From positions 32,001-96,000 of the IMG/VR virus record IMGVR_UViG_3300017917_004576: DNA of 64,000 nucleotides. One strand, given 5' to 3'. This stretch comes from a virus. Below the pieces are notes generated by a model. It saw nothing but the letters and a program-made list of their open reading frames with translations, was not told where the DNA came from and searched no databases. Shown piece after piece: positions 24,730 to 33,572 of the stretch (position 1 is its first letter; each line of letters starts with the position of its first letter). The position numbers were made by a program, and so were the translations under genes.

Positions 24730-27306
24730 ATGTTATGGTATAATATTCTAAATCCACGTAATTGGCCTGGTGTTAATATTCAAACAGGAAATAATAAAAT
24801 AGATGGAGTATATTATAATCTATTAAGTAGCAATCATGTTAGCTTAGCAGCTAGTGGTAGTATGTTCTTAGCAGCTAATAGCGGTATAAAGTTAATTAGT
24901 AAATCTTTTGTAGATACAAGCGGTATTAGAGCAAGTACTATTTTAGCAGAAAATTTTGGTAAAATTAATGCTACCGGAGGTATTATTCCATTTTATTCTG
25001 GCGTTAATAGTGGAATAGTGATTAAAAAGGATGACTCAACACTAATAACTACTGATTATATTGTATATAATACTGGTAATTTTCTATCTTTTCCAGGAGG
25101 TTCCCCTGGATCGCTATTATATCTTGTTCCTCAATTTATACAAGATGGTGTTGTCGTCCCCACAACTAGAAAAATTGCCACATTTGACTATATCAACTTA
25201 GTGCCCGAATCAACAGATGCTGAAGGAGAAATTCTTTTTCCTGCTAGCATAAGCACAAATGTTGCTATAAAGGCTAATAGTGGTATTGTGTTAGGACCAA
25301 ATAATGATCTTGAATCTTATAAAGGATATATATTAACTCACAATGGTTCTGGTAATGTTGCTCAGTGGAAACCAGCAACATATCTAAGGGAAAATTATGA
25401 TTCACAAGTCCCATATGAGGGATTAGAAGATGTTGGTTTATCGTGGATTAGATTTCCAAGAAGACCGGTATCATTTTTATCTAATAATAGAATAGCATTT
25501 TATTTATCTGATAGAACATGGTCTCCATATCCAGCTGTCACAAGTATAGAGCAGATAATTAAGGAGTTCGGTGACGGTTTGGATACTATAAGATTAGAAA
25601 ATTTGGGTGGGGATGGAGAAGAAAGACAATATGTTTTTAGTAAATTCGCCACCACTGATATTTCTCCATTTGCAGAATCTGTTCCGACTGGCTTGGTTAT
25701 AGGTCCGTATGACTTTACAGATATTTTTGAGTCAACAGAAATTTTTGACCCTATGGAAACCGTTGGCGTCGGACAGTCCCCAACACCTGTTCCTGTTTTA
25801 ATAGTACACATGTGTCCATCTGATCCATTATTACAAAGCACATTCTTAGATCAGAATGGATTTGCTTTTTCTGTTACGAAAGGTGGCTATTTACCTATGC
25901 AGTTGTCTCCGGATGCTATAGATCCACTATTGTGTCCAGATGCTACAAATTTAACTTTTAAACCATCAACATCTAATAATATTAGTATAAGACCAAATAT
26001 TTTTACTTCATTCAATATGCTTGGAGAAAATATTGATTTCTTAATTTATGGCAAAAAAACTATTCCATATAATAATTATGTTAGTGATATATATGAACTA
26101 AATGAAAATTATATTCCTAAAGGTTTAGAACCAGCTTTTAAAGTAGACGCTAATATCGAAAATTCTGTTATAGGATCTCCATCTGGTGTTGTATTTAGTA
26201 GATATTTAGATAGAAATAAAACTATTCCATCTGGATGGAGTTTTGATGATAAAGCTAAAATTAGTATAAATACTAGTGGATCATATATTTTATCTAGTAT
26301 ACCAAGTGGAAATTCTACATTATCTACATATGCAGATTTAACAATAAGTGGACACACATATTCTACAACAATAACGACAGAAGACATATATTTAAAACCT
26401 GCACCATCTCAAGATAATACAGGAAAATATATTGCTAATGCTTTATTAACTATAGATAGTAATGGAAAAATTGTATCTAGAACACCAAGAACCAATCCAA
26501 CGGTACCATCTAGACCATTGAATGTTAGAGGGTCTGTTGGTCATTACAATGCCGGTGCCGGTAATTACGAATATTCAATTCAGTGGGATGCTCCAACAAA
26601 CGATGGAAATAGTAGTATTATTAAATATTATATTCAATTTTCATTAGACGATGGATCAACTTGGACTAACGCTCAGGATACAGCCCCAAACAGCACGGCC
26701 TATATTGATAGAGGAATATCCAATCAACAATCTTGTACTATCAAAAGTGTTGGTAGCAATATTATTTTCAGAGTAGCTGCTCAAAATAAAGTTGGTATCG
26801 GATCTTATTCCGAAGCCACATCAATATTTGTAACAAATACAACCGTACCAACTTCTCCCATATCACTATCTGGAACTAGAGAAGTTATAGATACTAATAT
26901 TTCTCAAATTAATTTATCTTGGGGCGATAGCGCCCAATTAGGACTTGGTGGAGAAGCAGCGTTTTCTGGTTATGTGATAGAAGAATCAGAAGATTATGGT
27001 AATACTTGGTACTATTATAATTTACCATCTGGAAATAATTTTATCACAGATACCGACGAGACTATAACAGGCTTATCTAGTAGAAAAGATTATTTATATA
27101 GAATTAGTGCATGGAATACCAGCGGGCCTAGCGCATATTCATTTTTATATTCTTCTGGCTTGACCATAATTGAAATTGATCCAGAAGAAGGTGAGGCTGT
27201 TATTGATAATAATACTCAAACAGCAGAAGAAATACAAGAAGCAGAAGATATCTTAGGTAATTGGGATTTTGGTGTTATTTTATTCACAGGAGTGTGTAGC
27301 ATATGA
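24730..27306 (+). CDS. Tail fibre-like protein with two C-terminal fibronectin type III domains; partial paralog of 21157-24717
   Basis: FN3 signatures PSRPLNV...IQWDAPTNDGNSSIIKYYIQ...FRVAAQNKVGIGSYS and INLSW...ITGLSSRKDYLYRISAWNTSG. Shares KGGYL, SIRPN, NIDF.IYG, PAFKV.AN and ADLT.SG with the upstream gene. Confidence 0.75.
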   Translation: MLWYNILNPRNWPGVNIQTGNNKIDGVYYNLLSSNHVSLAASGSMFLAANSGIKLISKSFVDTSGIRASTILAENFGKINATGGIIPFYSGVNSGIVIKKDDSTLITTDYIVYNTGNFLSFPGGSPGSLLYLVPQFIQDGVVVPTTRKIATFDYINLVPESTDAEGEILFPASISTNVAIKANSGIVLGPNNDLESYKGYILTHNGSGNVAQWKPATYLRENYDSQVPYEGLEDVGLSWIRFPRRPVSFLSNNRIAFYLSDRTWSPYPAVTSIEQIIKEFGDGLDTIRLENLGGDGEERQYVFSKFATTDISPFAESVPTGLVIGPYDFTDIFESTEIFDPMETVGVGQSPTPVPVLIVHMCPSDPLLQSTFLDQNGFAFSVTKGGYLPMQLSPDAIDPLLCPDATNLTFKPSTSNNISIRPNIFTSFNMLGENIDFLIYGKKTIPYNNYVSDIYELNENYIPKGLEPAFKVDANIENSVIGSPSGVVFSRYLDRNKTIPSGWSFDDKAKISINTSGSYILSSIPSGNSTLSTYADLTISGHTYSTTITTEDIYLKPAPSQDNTGKYIANALLTIDSNGKIVSRTPRTNPTVPSRPLNVRGSVGHYNAGAGNYEYSIQWDAPTNDGNSSIIKYYIQFSLDDGSTWTNAQDTAPNSTAYIDRGISNQQSCTIKSVGSNIIFRVAAQNKVGIGSYSEATSIFVTNTTVPTSPISLSGTREVIDTNISQINLSWGDSAQLGLGGEAAFSGYVIEESEDYGNTWYYYNLPSGNNFITDTDETITGLSSRKDYLYRISAWNTSGPSAYSFLYSSGLTIIEIDPEEGEAVIDNNTQTAEEIQEAEDILGNWDFGVILFTGVCSI

Positions 27307-27845
27307 GACTTCAACTTAAAAGAGATGAAACCGGAACAGGTTTTCCAGCACCAGATCAAATAGCTGTTGGAGAATTAGTTATAAACAGTAAAACAGGTAA
27401 ATTATATACAAAATTAGTGGATGGTTCAATTATGGAATGGATAGGACAAAAAATATGTTTTGAACCTTTACCAATTATATCATTTGAATATAATAATACT
27501 AATATATCTAATATAGATAAATTTTGTTGTGCTGGAGATAACATAATTGTTAAAGTAGATAAATTAAAAATAGAACCTTTTATTTATAATTTTGATTTTA
27601 TAGAACTAACACAAAATTCTGGATCAGAATTAATATCTATCTCTGATCCAAGATTTGAAACATATACAGAAACTGTCGATGGAATCACAAGAAATATTAG
27701 GAAAGCTGTTATTCCTATTAATTTTTCTATAAAAAATACAAACTATAATAATATTAGTATGTTCAAATTTATAGTTAGTGATTCTAATCTAACAACTATT
27801 ACTGAACAAATAATCACACTTAAATGTTTGGAAGCATCACTATGA
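27303..27845 (+). CDS. Short tail-fibre-like protein with N-terminal attachment motif
   Basis: Starts MRLQLKR...P....AVGELVINSKTGKLYTK, resembling the N-terminal anchoring segment of many phage fibres. Confidence 0.6.
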   Translation: MRLQLKRDETGTGFPAPDQIAVGELVINSKTGKLYTKLVDGSIMEWIGQKICFEPLPIISFEYNNTNISNIDKFCCAGDNIIVKVDKLKIEPFIYNFDFIELTQNSGSELISISDPRFETYTETVDGITRNIRKAVIPINFSIKNTNYNNISMFKFIVSDSNLTTITEQIITLKCLEASL

Positions 27846-28726
27846 TAAATATAAAGAATTTTAGTTTATCAGATGGTGAGTCTGGTATATTGCTAGTATT
27901 TCCACAAGTACCGCAATCTTTGCCAAATAAAGACATTTATATTATTGATTTTAAAGTTTCATCAGTTTTACCAACATTATCCCCACCGACTGTTTCATTT
28001 ATTCCGGAAAATCCCGCATATACAATAATAAAAAACAAAAATTTCTCACCAACTGTTAATATTAAAATAAAAGCTAATCATAATTTTGAAACACAGTCAT
28101 TGATTCAAAGTGTTATTAAAGATCAATATAATAATATTATTTATAATGATTATATTTTAGTTATATGTTCTCCAGTTTCAGAATTTAGTTTCAAAGGAAG
28201 ACTGTTGAGTTGGACAACATCAGAAGGCGTTGGTCCTAATGGTGGGTCTATTCTCAGAATGAATGATGCTAATGCTACTGCTTCTTTATTATCTGGAATG
28301 ATTGTTAAAGGGCCTGGAATACCGGAAGACAAAACAGTGTCAATTCGAAGCTTTATTCAGGGTAGTTCGACTGATATTGAATTATCAGAAAATTTAAATG
28401 TTTCGTTAAATAATTATTCTGGAACTTATATTTTTTCCAGGTCTTTGACATGTGCAAATAGTGAACAATTAATTAATAAAATTATACAAAATAATTATAC
28501 TATTCTAAATAAATCAAATAACTGGACGCAAACTTATGACGAACAAGTTATTGTGAAATTTGTTAGATTAGATCTATTGGATGATGATATTGAGGTCTTT
28601 TTACCCTTAAAAAATATTAGTGTTATAGTAGACAAAAATACAGCCGCTCCAATTCCCTCTGTTGCTGATATATATGGTGTTGGTAGAGTAATCAACTCCT
28701 CTATTTGCTTAGTAAATATTTCGTAG
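27842..28726 (+). CDS. Putative virion structural protein
   Basis: Likely start at 27842 (ATGA overlap with upstream stop). Beta-rich; contains LLSGMIVKGPGIP...IELS, a small motif seen in tail-associated proteins. Confidence 0.5.
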   Translation: MINIKNFSLSDGESGILLVFPQVPQSLPNKDIYIIDFKVSSVLPTLSPPTVSFIPENPAYTIIKNKNFSPTVNIKIKANHNFETQSLIQSVIKDQYNNIIYNDYILVICSPVSEFSFKGRLLSWTTSEGVGPNGGSILRMNDANATASLLSGMIVKGPGIPEDKTVSIRSFIQGSSTDIELSENLNVSLNNYSGTYIFSRSLTCANSEQLINKIIQNNYTILNKSNNWTQTYDEQVIVKFVRLDLLDDDIEVFLPLKNISVIVDKNTAAPIPSVADIYGVGRVINSSICLVNIS

Positions 28727-28734
28727 ATGACTTA

Positions 28735-28752
28735 GGTGTATATTACTTATAA
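28735..28752 (+). promoter_or_regulatory. Candidate phage late-promoter motif
   Basis: GGTGTA-TATTACT-TATAA in the 54-nt gap before 28781. Confidence 0.4.
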
Positions 28753-28780
28753 TTAAATTACTTTTAAGATATTAATTTAT

Positions 28781-29992
28781 ATGATTATTAATAATCAATT
28801 TTATATTTTTACATACGCTGGATCTGAACCATTAAACCTAATGGAAATTCCAGAGGAATTTAGCAATAATCCAATATTGTTATCACAATATAACACATTT
28901 ATACAATCTATAGACTCCATATATGGTAGTCAAAATATAAATGATAATATTCCAGTATTTTGGACTCGTAGGGTTTCTTTAACAGATTCTCTTGGAAATA
29001 ATAATATCGGTTATCAACCACACCCTGACTCAACTCTTACACAATTAGATTCAAAAGAATCTTATTATGTTATAGTAAGAAATTTGGATAGTCTACCTAT
29101 AATTGTTCCCATATTAGGAGATGCCGTAGCAGGATTCACTGATAATAGTCTAGCTCCAATTATAACAGGAATAAATAATATTTCTCTTTCAGCTAATTCT
29201 GGTAATAGTATTGTAATAAAACCAGAAATAGGACAACTTCAACAATATGAAACATATTCGTATGAGTACAAGGGCTTATCTGCAAATTGGCCAATTACCA
29301 TATCGCCAATATCCGGAATAATTAGGCCATCAACAGATAAGGCTAAATTAAGTTCAGTTTTATCTTTTTGTGCAACTTCTGGTTCCTGTTGTTCTTGTGT
29401 AATTGATCCAGATATAATTATGGGCAATATTAAAAATAGATGTCCTAACTTTAATGAGATAGATTTATATAGTACATTCGAATTAGAAATAAAACCAGTA
29501 TCTTTTAGTGGTATAACTGTTAAGAGCAATCCTATCACAATGGAGTGCAAAGACTGCTTACCAAGAGTACGCATTAATTTACAACAATATAGTCCATCTA
29601 TAGATCTTACATCCACAAACACTGTCAATGTTTCTTCTGTAATATCTAATTTGGAACCGACACAAAATTATACTTATGAATATGTTGGTATTGGTGGCAA
29701 TTGGCCAGCTATGTTTATAACACCAATTAGTGGAGTTATAACTTCTTACAGGCCAAATGAAGACTTTACACTAACATCAAGACTAACATTCTGTCCAACA
29801 ACTGGTCTTTGTCCATCTACGGATTCTTCTGTTTTAGATTATACTGTTGATCCAAAATTTATAGAATCTTATTACACATCTTTTGTTCTAAAAATTACCC
29901 CAAACACATGTACGGAGCCATATTATTTATTTCAAAACAGCAGTAGTGTATATAGCACGCCACTAACAATATATTGTAATGATTGCTTATAA
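28781..29992 (+). CDS. Cys-rich repeat (Ig-like) putative virion protein
   Basis: Two ~135-aa units with Y.YEY.G...NWP..I.PISG.I, FC...G.C and C.DCL. Confidence 0.55.
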   Translation: MIINNQFYIFTYAGSEPLNLMEIPEEFSNNPILLSQYNTFIQSIDSIYGSQNINDNIPVFWTRRVSLTDSLGNNNIGYQPHPDSTLTQLDSKESYYVIVRNLDSLPIIVPILGDAVAGFTDNSLAPIITGINNISLSANSGNSIVIKPEIGQLQQYETYSYEYKGLSANWPITISPISGIIRPSTDKAKLSSVLSFCATSGSCCSCVIDPDIIMGNIKNRCPNFNEIDLYSTFELEIKPVSFSGITVKSNPITMECKDCLPRVRINLQQYSPSIDLTSTNTVNVSSVISNLEPTQNYTYEYVGIGGNWPAMFITPISGVITSYRPNEDFTLTSRLTFCPTTGLCPSTDSSVLDYTVDPKFIESYYTSFVLKITPNTCTEPYYLFQNSSSVYSTPLTIYCNDCL

Positions 29993-30003
29993 GGTTTTTA
30001 ATT

Positions 30004-31143
30004 ATGAAAAAAAATAATAACTTTAATCTATCTATTCCAGTTAGTGGATTAATAAAAAGAGAAGATTATAGATACGATATAGTCGGACTTGGTGGGAATT
30101 GGCCCGTTATAGCGTTGCCTCCTAGCGGTTCTTTTACAGCAACAAGTAAAACTAGAAATATAGATACTACTATTATATTTTTACCCACAACAGGATCATC
30201 TCACAATCAAAACTATTTAGATTATGATCTATTAACTTGTGGGTATCAAACAGACGAAGTATTCACGAATATATCTGCCAAAGTCACTAGTTTGGGAGAT
30301 GGGTCAATTATTCAATCTCCGGTTCAACTTGTTAAATGCTCGGGATGCGTTTATCAAATGGGTGTTGATATTTCTGGATGTGGCAGTCAAAACTGCGAAA
30401 CTATTCCTAGTAAAATTACTTTAACGTCATCTAATATAGTTAGTATTACTGGGATAGCTAGTGGATTATTACCTAATGCGAAATATAATTATAGTTTTAC
30501 ATGTAATGATAGTAATTGGCCTAGCATATTAAAACCCATTAGTGGATCATTTATTGCGTCACAAGATGGAACAGAAACTATAGTTAGCAAATTAATGTTT
30601 TGCTATCCTTCCGGAAATTGTCCCAGCGGAACATCGAATTTATTACCATATACTCTTGATAGTATGGCTGAAAAAGATCTTAATAATAAAAAACTTCATA
30701 CGAACTTGACATTGAGTATACTATCGGAGTGTGGTGATTTAGCAACTAGTAAAGAGACCGCTATAGAATGCGATAATTGTCTACCGTGTGTTAGATACGC
30801 TAATATTGTTTTTAGTGGATCTCCATTAATAACGCTAGAACCAGGATGTTGTCAAGGTCAAAAATTTATGAGCGTTAATGTTAGTAATGCTATTCCTGGA
30901 GAAAAATATACTTATAATTTTGATAGTATTCCTTCTAGCGGCACACAGTTTTTAACATTTAGCCCAAGTAGTGGGGAGATTTATTTTGGGAGTGGCGGAT
31001 ATGGAAAAATAAATACTATAATGAGTACCAATCTTACTGATTATGCTCAAACTTTATTAACTGTTGAACTGATTCATACAAATACAAATATAAAGGTTCA
31101 TGACACTGTTGGATTAGCTTGCAGAAGTGATTCGTGTGATTGA
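30004..31143 (+). CDS. Cys-rich repeat (Ig-like) putative virion protein, paralog of 28781-29992
   Basis: Likely ATG at 30004 (MKKNNNF). Contains three related units (GGNWPVIALPPSGSF; SNWPSILKPISGSF; degenerate FSPSSGEI). Confidence 0.55.
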   Translation: MKKNNNFNLSIPVSGLIKREDYRYDIVGLGGNWPVIALPPSGSFTATSKTRNIDTTIIFLPTTGSSHNQNYLDYDLLTCGYQTDEVFTNISAKVTSLGDGSIIQSPVQLVKCSGCVYQMGVDISGCGSQNCETIPSKITLTSSNIVSITGIASGLLPNAKYNYSFTCNDSNWPSILKPISGSFIASQDGTETIVSKLMFCYPSGNCPSGTSNLLPYTLDSMAEKDLNNKKLHTNLTLSILSECGDLATSKETAIECDNCLPCVRYANIVFSGSPLITLEPGCCQGQKFMSVNVSNAIPGEKYTYNFDSIPSSGTQFLTFSPSSGEIYFGSGGYGKINTIMSTNLTDYAQTLLTVELIHTNTNIKVHDTVGLACRSDSCD

Positions 31144-31161
31144 CCAACTAAGGACTAAGAT

Positions 31162-31500
31162 ATGACAGATATTTTTGTTTCTACAGATATTATTCCGATT
31201 CAATTAAATAATTTATTAATATGTCATGAGTATCTTGTAACCTATAAAATACACTATGCTCAAAATCAATATAATGCTAATTTAGATAAATATTCTTTTA
31301 ATTTTAGAGCAGCTAGTTCTGTTAAAAATATTTTTGTTTTACTCACCAAAGATACGAGAATTAGTAATCTATTGTTAGAGGTTAATGTTTTTGATATTAA
31401 TGAAAATAATAGTTTAACTTATAGTAATTTTATTAAGTGTCCAGATTATAATAGTTGTGATCCTCCTATACCTACTCCCACACCAACAGTAATAGTATGA
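31162..31500 (+). CDS. Hypothetical protein ending in a Pro-Thr linker, possibly truncated
   Basis: 112 aa ending DPPIPTPTPTVIV*, with an AAGGA RBS. An out-of-frame Asp-box follows the stop. Confidence 0.55.
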   Translation: MTDIFVSTDIIPIQLNNLLICHEYLVTYKIHYAQNQYNANLDKYSFNFRAASSVKNIFVLLTKDTRISNLLLEVNVFDINENNSLTYSNFIKCPDYNSCDPPIPTPTPTVIV

Positions 31501-31567
31501 ATGGACAAGCATATATTAGTAATGATAGTGGAATTTCTTGGACACAAAAAAATATTTAATATAAAAT

Positions 31568-33571
31568 ATGGTATACAATCAATTAAATTTACAACAAGAT
31601 AATTTTACTACTCAGAGTGTTGGGAATACACCTAGGATAGTAATAAATTATAATGGAATTGATATTCATAGTATAACTGGACCAGTTCCTGTTGTTGATA
31701 TTAGTTATAGTTTTAATAATAATGGTAATGATCTAGCCGAAAGCGTAACAACAAATGTAACTCTTATTGGTAAAATTCTTAGATGGCCAGAAGGTCAAAA
31801 TATTGGTGGTGTAGATACTAATAAAGCAATGCCAGGATTTAGTGGTATTATAGCTGGTGTTAGTGGATTGAGAAAAATTTTTACAGACGAACCGTATGGT
31901 GTTCTGAAATTTAAGTGCGGCTCTTCAATATTACATGAAATAAGTGGATTAAGAGCACGAGATATACAAATTAATAATACAGAAGATAATTGGGCGCAAA
32001 CTGCGGACTATACAATTACTTTGGAAGGATCAGAAAGATTGTGGAGCGGAAGTGGCGATGATGCAATAGAAGCATTTGTTACAGAAAGACAGGACACATG
32101 GAATATCGAACCTTTAGACGACAGCACATACACAAATTTCACCAGATCTGTTACAGGAAAATACGAGTATAGTAATCCTAAGCTTAACAGACCACAAGGA
32201 GCCGGGGCAAATTCGTTCAGCACTCCCGGAGGACCATCATCAGAAACAAATTCTTTGCGAGTTACTAATATTCCGCAGTTTCGTATAACTAGAAGACTGT
32301 CCGCCAAAGGATCTGTTAGACCAAATGATCCGGCCGGGAAAATATCTAGATCGAATCTATATGATGAAAATACAAAACCTTATGTTTTTGCCAAAACATG
32401 GGTTGAGAATATGGCAAAAAAGAGTTTTCAAACATCGGATATAACAAATAATAGTTCTCCATATTTTAAAAATCCTTTTGATCAAAATTTATTTGCTTTT
32501 AATCATAATAGAACAATTAATATTGATATATATAATGGTACATACGAGATTAATGATACTTGGCTGGCAATGCCAAGCGGTATCCCATATACCGAAACTT
32601 ATACTTTGGAAACATCTACTGGAGAAGATTATATTAGAACAGTAAGGGTAGCTGGTACCATAGTGGGCTTAGTAATATCAGATCACGGATTAATGACAAA
32701 TAGTGGCGTTTTAGTTAGCGGCACTGGCAACGGTGGAGATATAAATTCTGCACTAAGACTAGATAACTATGCTGTTAATGGACAAAATTATGGAACCGCC
32801 TATAGTTCTCTAGATATGACCACCCCCACTTTTGGACAACCAACCTCTGCTTTAACGCCACAGTCTATATCTGGTACAAAATATGATAATGCTCGTAATG
32901 CTTGGCTAGAACATATTAAACCGATGCTTTATAGGAGAGCGTGTCTAGCTGTTAATAGTCCAGATAGAACAATGACCTATACTCCATCTTATCCTACAAA
33001 TCCTCCAACAGTTCCTAATAATCCTATATATAGTCAAGAAACATTATTAAGTACAATTCCCGTAAATACAAGCGAAGGACACGATCCGAGGAAAGGAACG
33101 ATTAATTATAGTTATGAATATAGTAGTCGATTAACAATTATTAGTGGTGTAATTAGCGAAAATATTAGTGTTAATTATGATAATCCTATAGATAGTACCA
33201 CAGAATTAAATATTATAGGTAGAGCTTTGGGTCCAATAATACAAAGAACCGGAAGATCTTTGCCTAAAAAAACAATTAGTATAGAAATAGGAATAATGCC
33301 AATAACAGGAATTAATCAATTATCTATCAATAGTCCAGAATGTCCGATGCACAAAAGCGGCTATCTTTTTCAAACTATCGAAAAAATTATAGAGGCACAT
33401 AGACCATATTCTCCAAGTAATTTCTTGACTAATGAACCAATACAGACCGAGGGTTTGGTGTATACATCTCAGGATGGTGAAACATGGAATCCTACTGCTG
33501 GAAAGTATTCTAGAAATGTTAGCTGGACATATCAGCAACTTTCAATAACAAGAGATTTTAGGGACCATTAA
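31568..33571 (+). CDS. Putative distal-tail/baseplate structural protein
   Basis: 667 aa, rich in beta strands (DYTITLEG, GTINYSYEY, GKYSRNVSWTY). Precedes the large hub-like gene; function inferred from position. Confidence 0.45.
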   Translation: MVYNQLNLQQDNFTTQSVGNTPRIVINYNGIDIHSITGPVPVVDISYSFNNNGNDLAESVTTNVTLIGKILRWPEGQNIGGVDTNKAMPGFSGIIAGVSGLRKIFTDEPYGVLKFKCGSSILHEISGLRARDIQINNTEDNWAQTADYTITLEGSERLWSGSGDDAIEAFVTERQDTWNIEPLDDSTYTNFTRSVTGKYEYSNPKLNRPQGAGANSFSTPGGPSSETNSLRVTNIPQFRITRRLSAKGSVRPNDPAGKISRSNLYDENTKPYVFAKTWVENMAKKSFQTSDITNNSSPYFKNPFDQNLFAFNHNRTINIDIYNGTYEINDTWLAMPSGIPYTETYTLETSTGEDYIRTVRVAGTIVGLVISDHGLMTNSGVLVSGTGNGGDINSALRLDNYAVNGQNYGTAYSSLDMTTPTFGQPTSALTPQSISGTKYDNARNAWLEHIKPMLYRRACLAVNSPDRTMTYTPSYPTNPPTVPNNPIYSQETLLSTIPVNTSEGHDPRKGTINYSYEYSSRLTIISGVISENISVNYDNPIDSTTELNIIGRALGPIIQRTGRSLPKKTISIEIGIMPITGINQLSINSPECPMHKSGYLFQTIEKIIEAHRPYSPSNFLTNEPIQTEGLVYTSQDGETWNPTAGKYSRNVSWTYQQLSITRDFRDH

Positions 33572-33572
33572 A

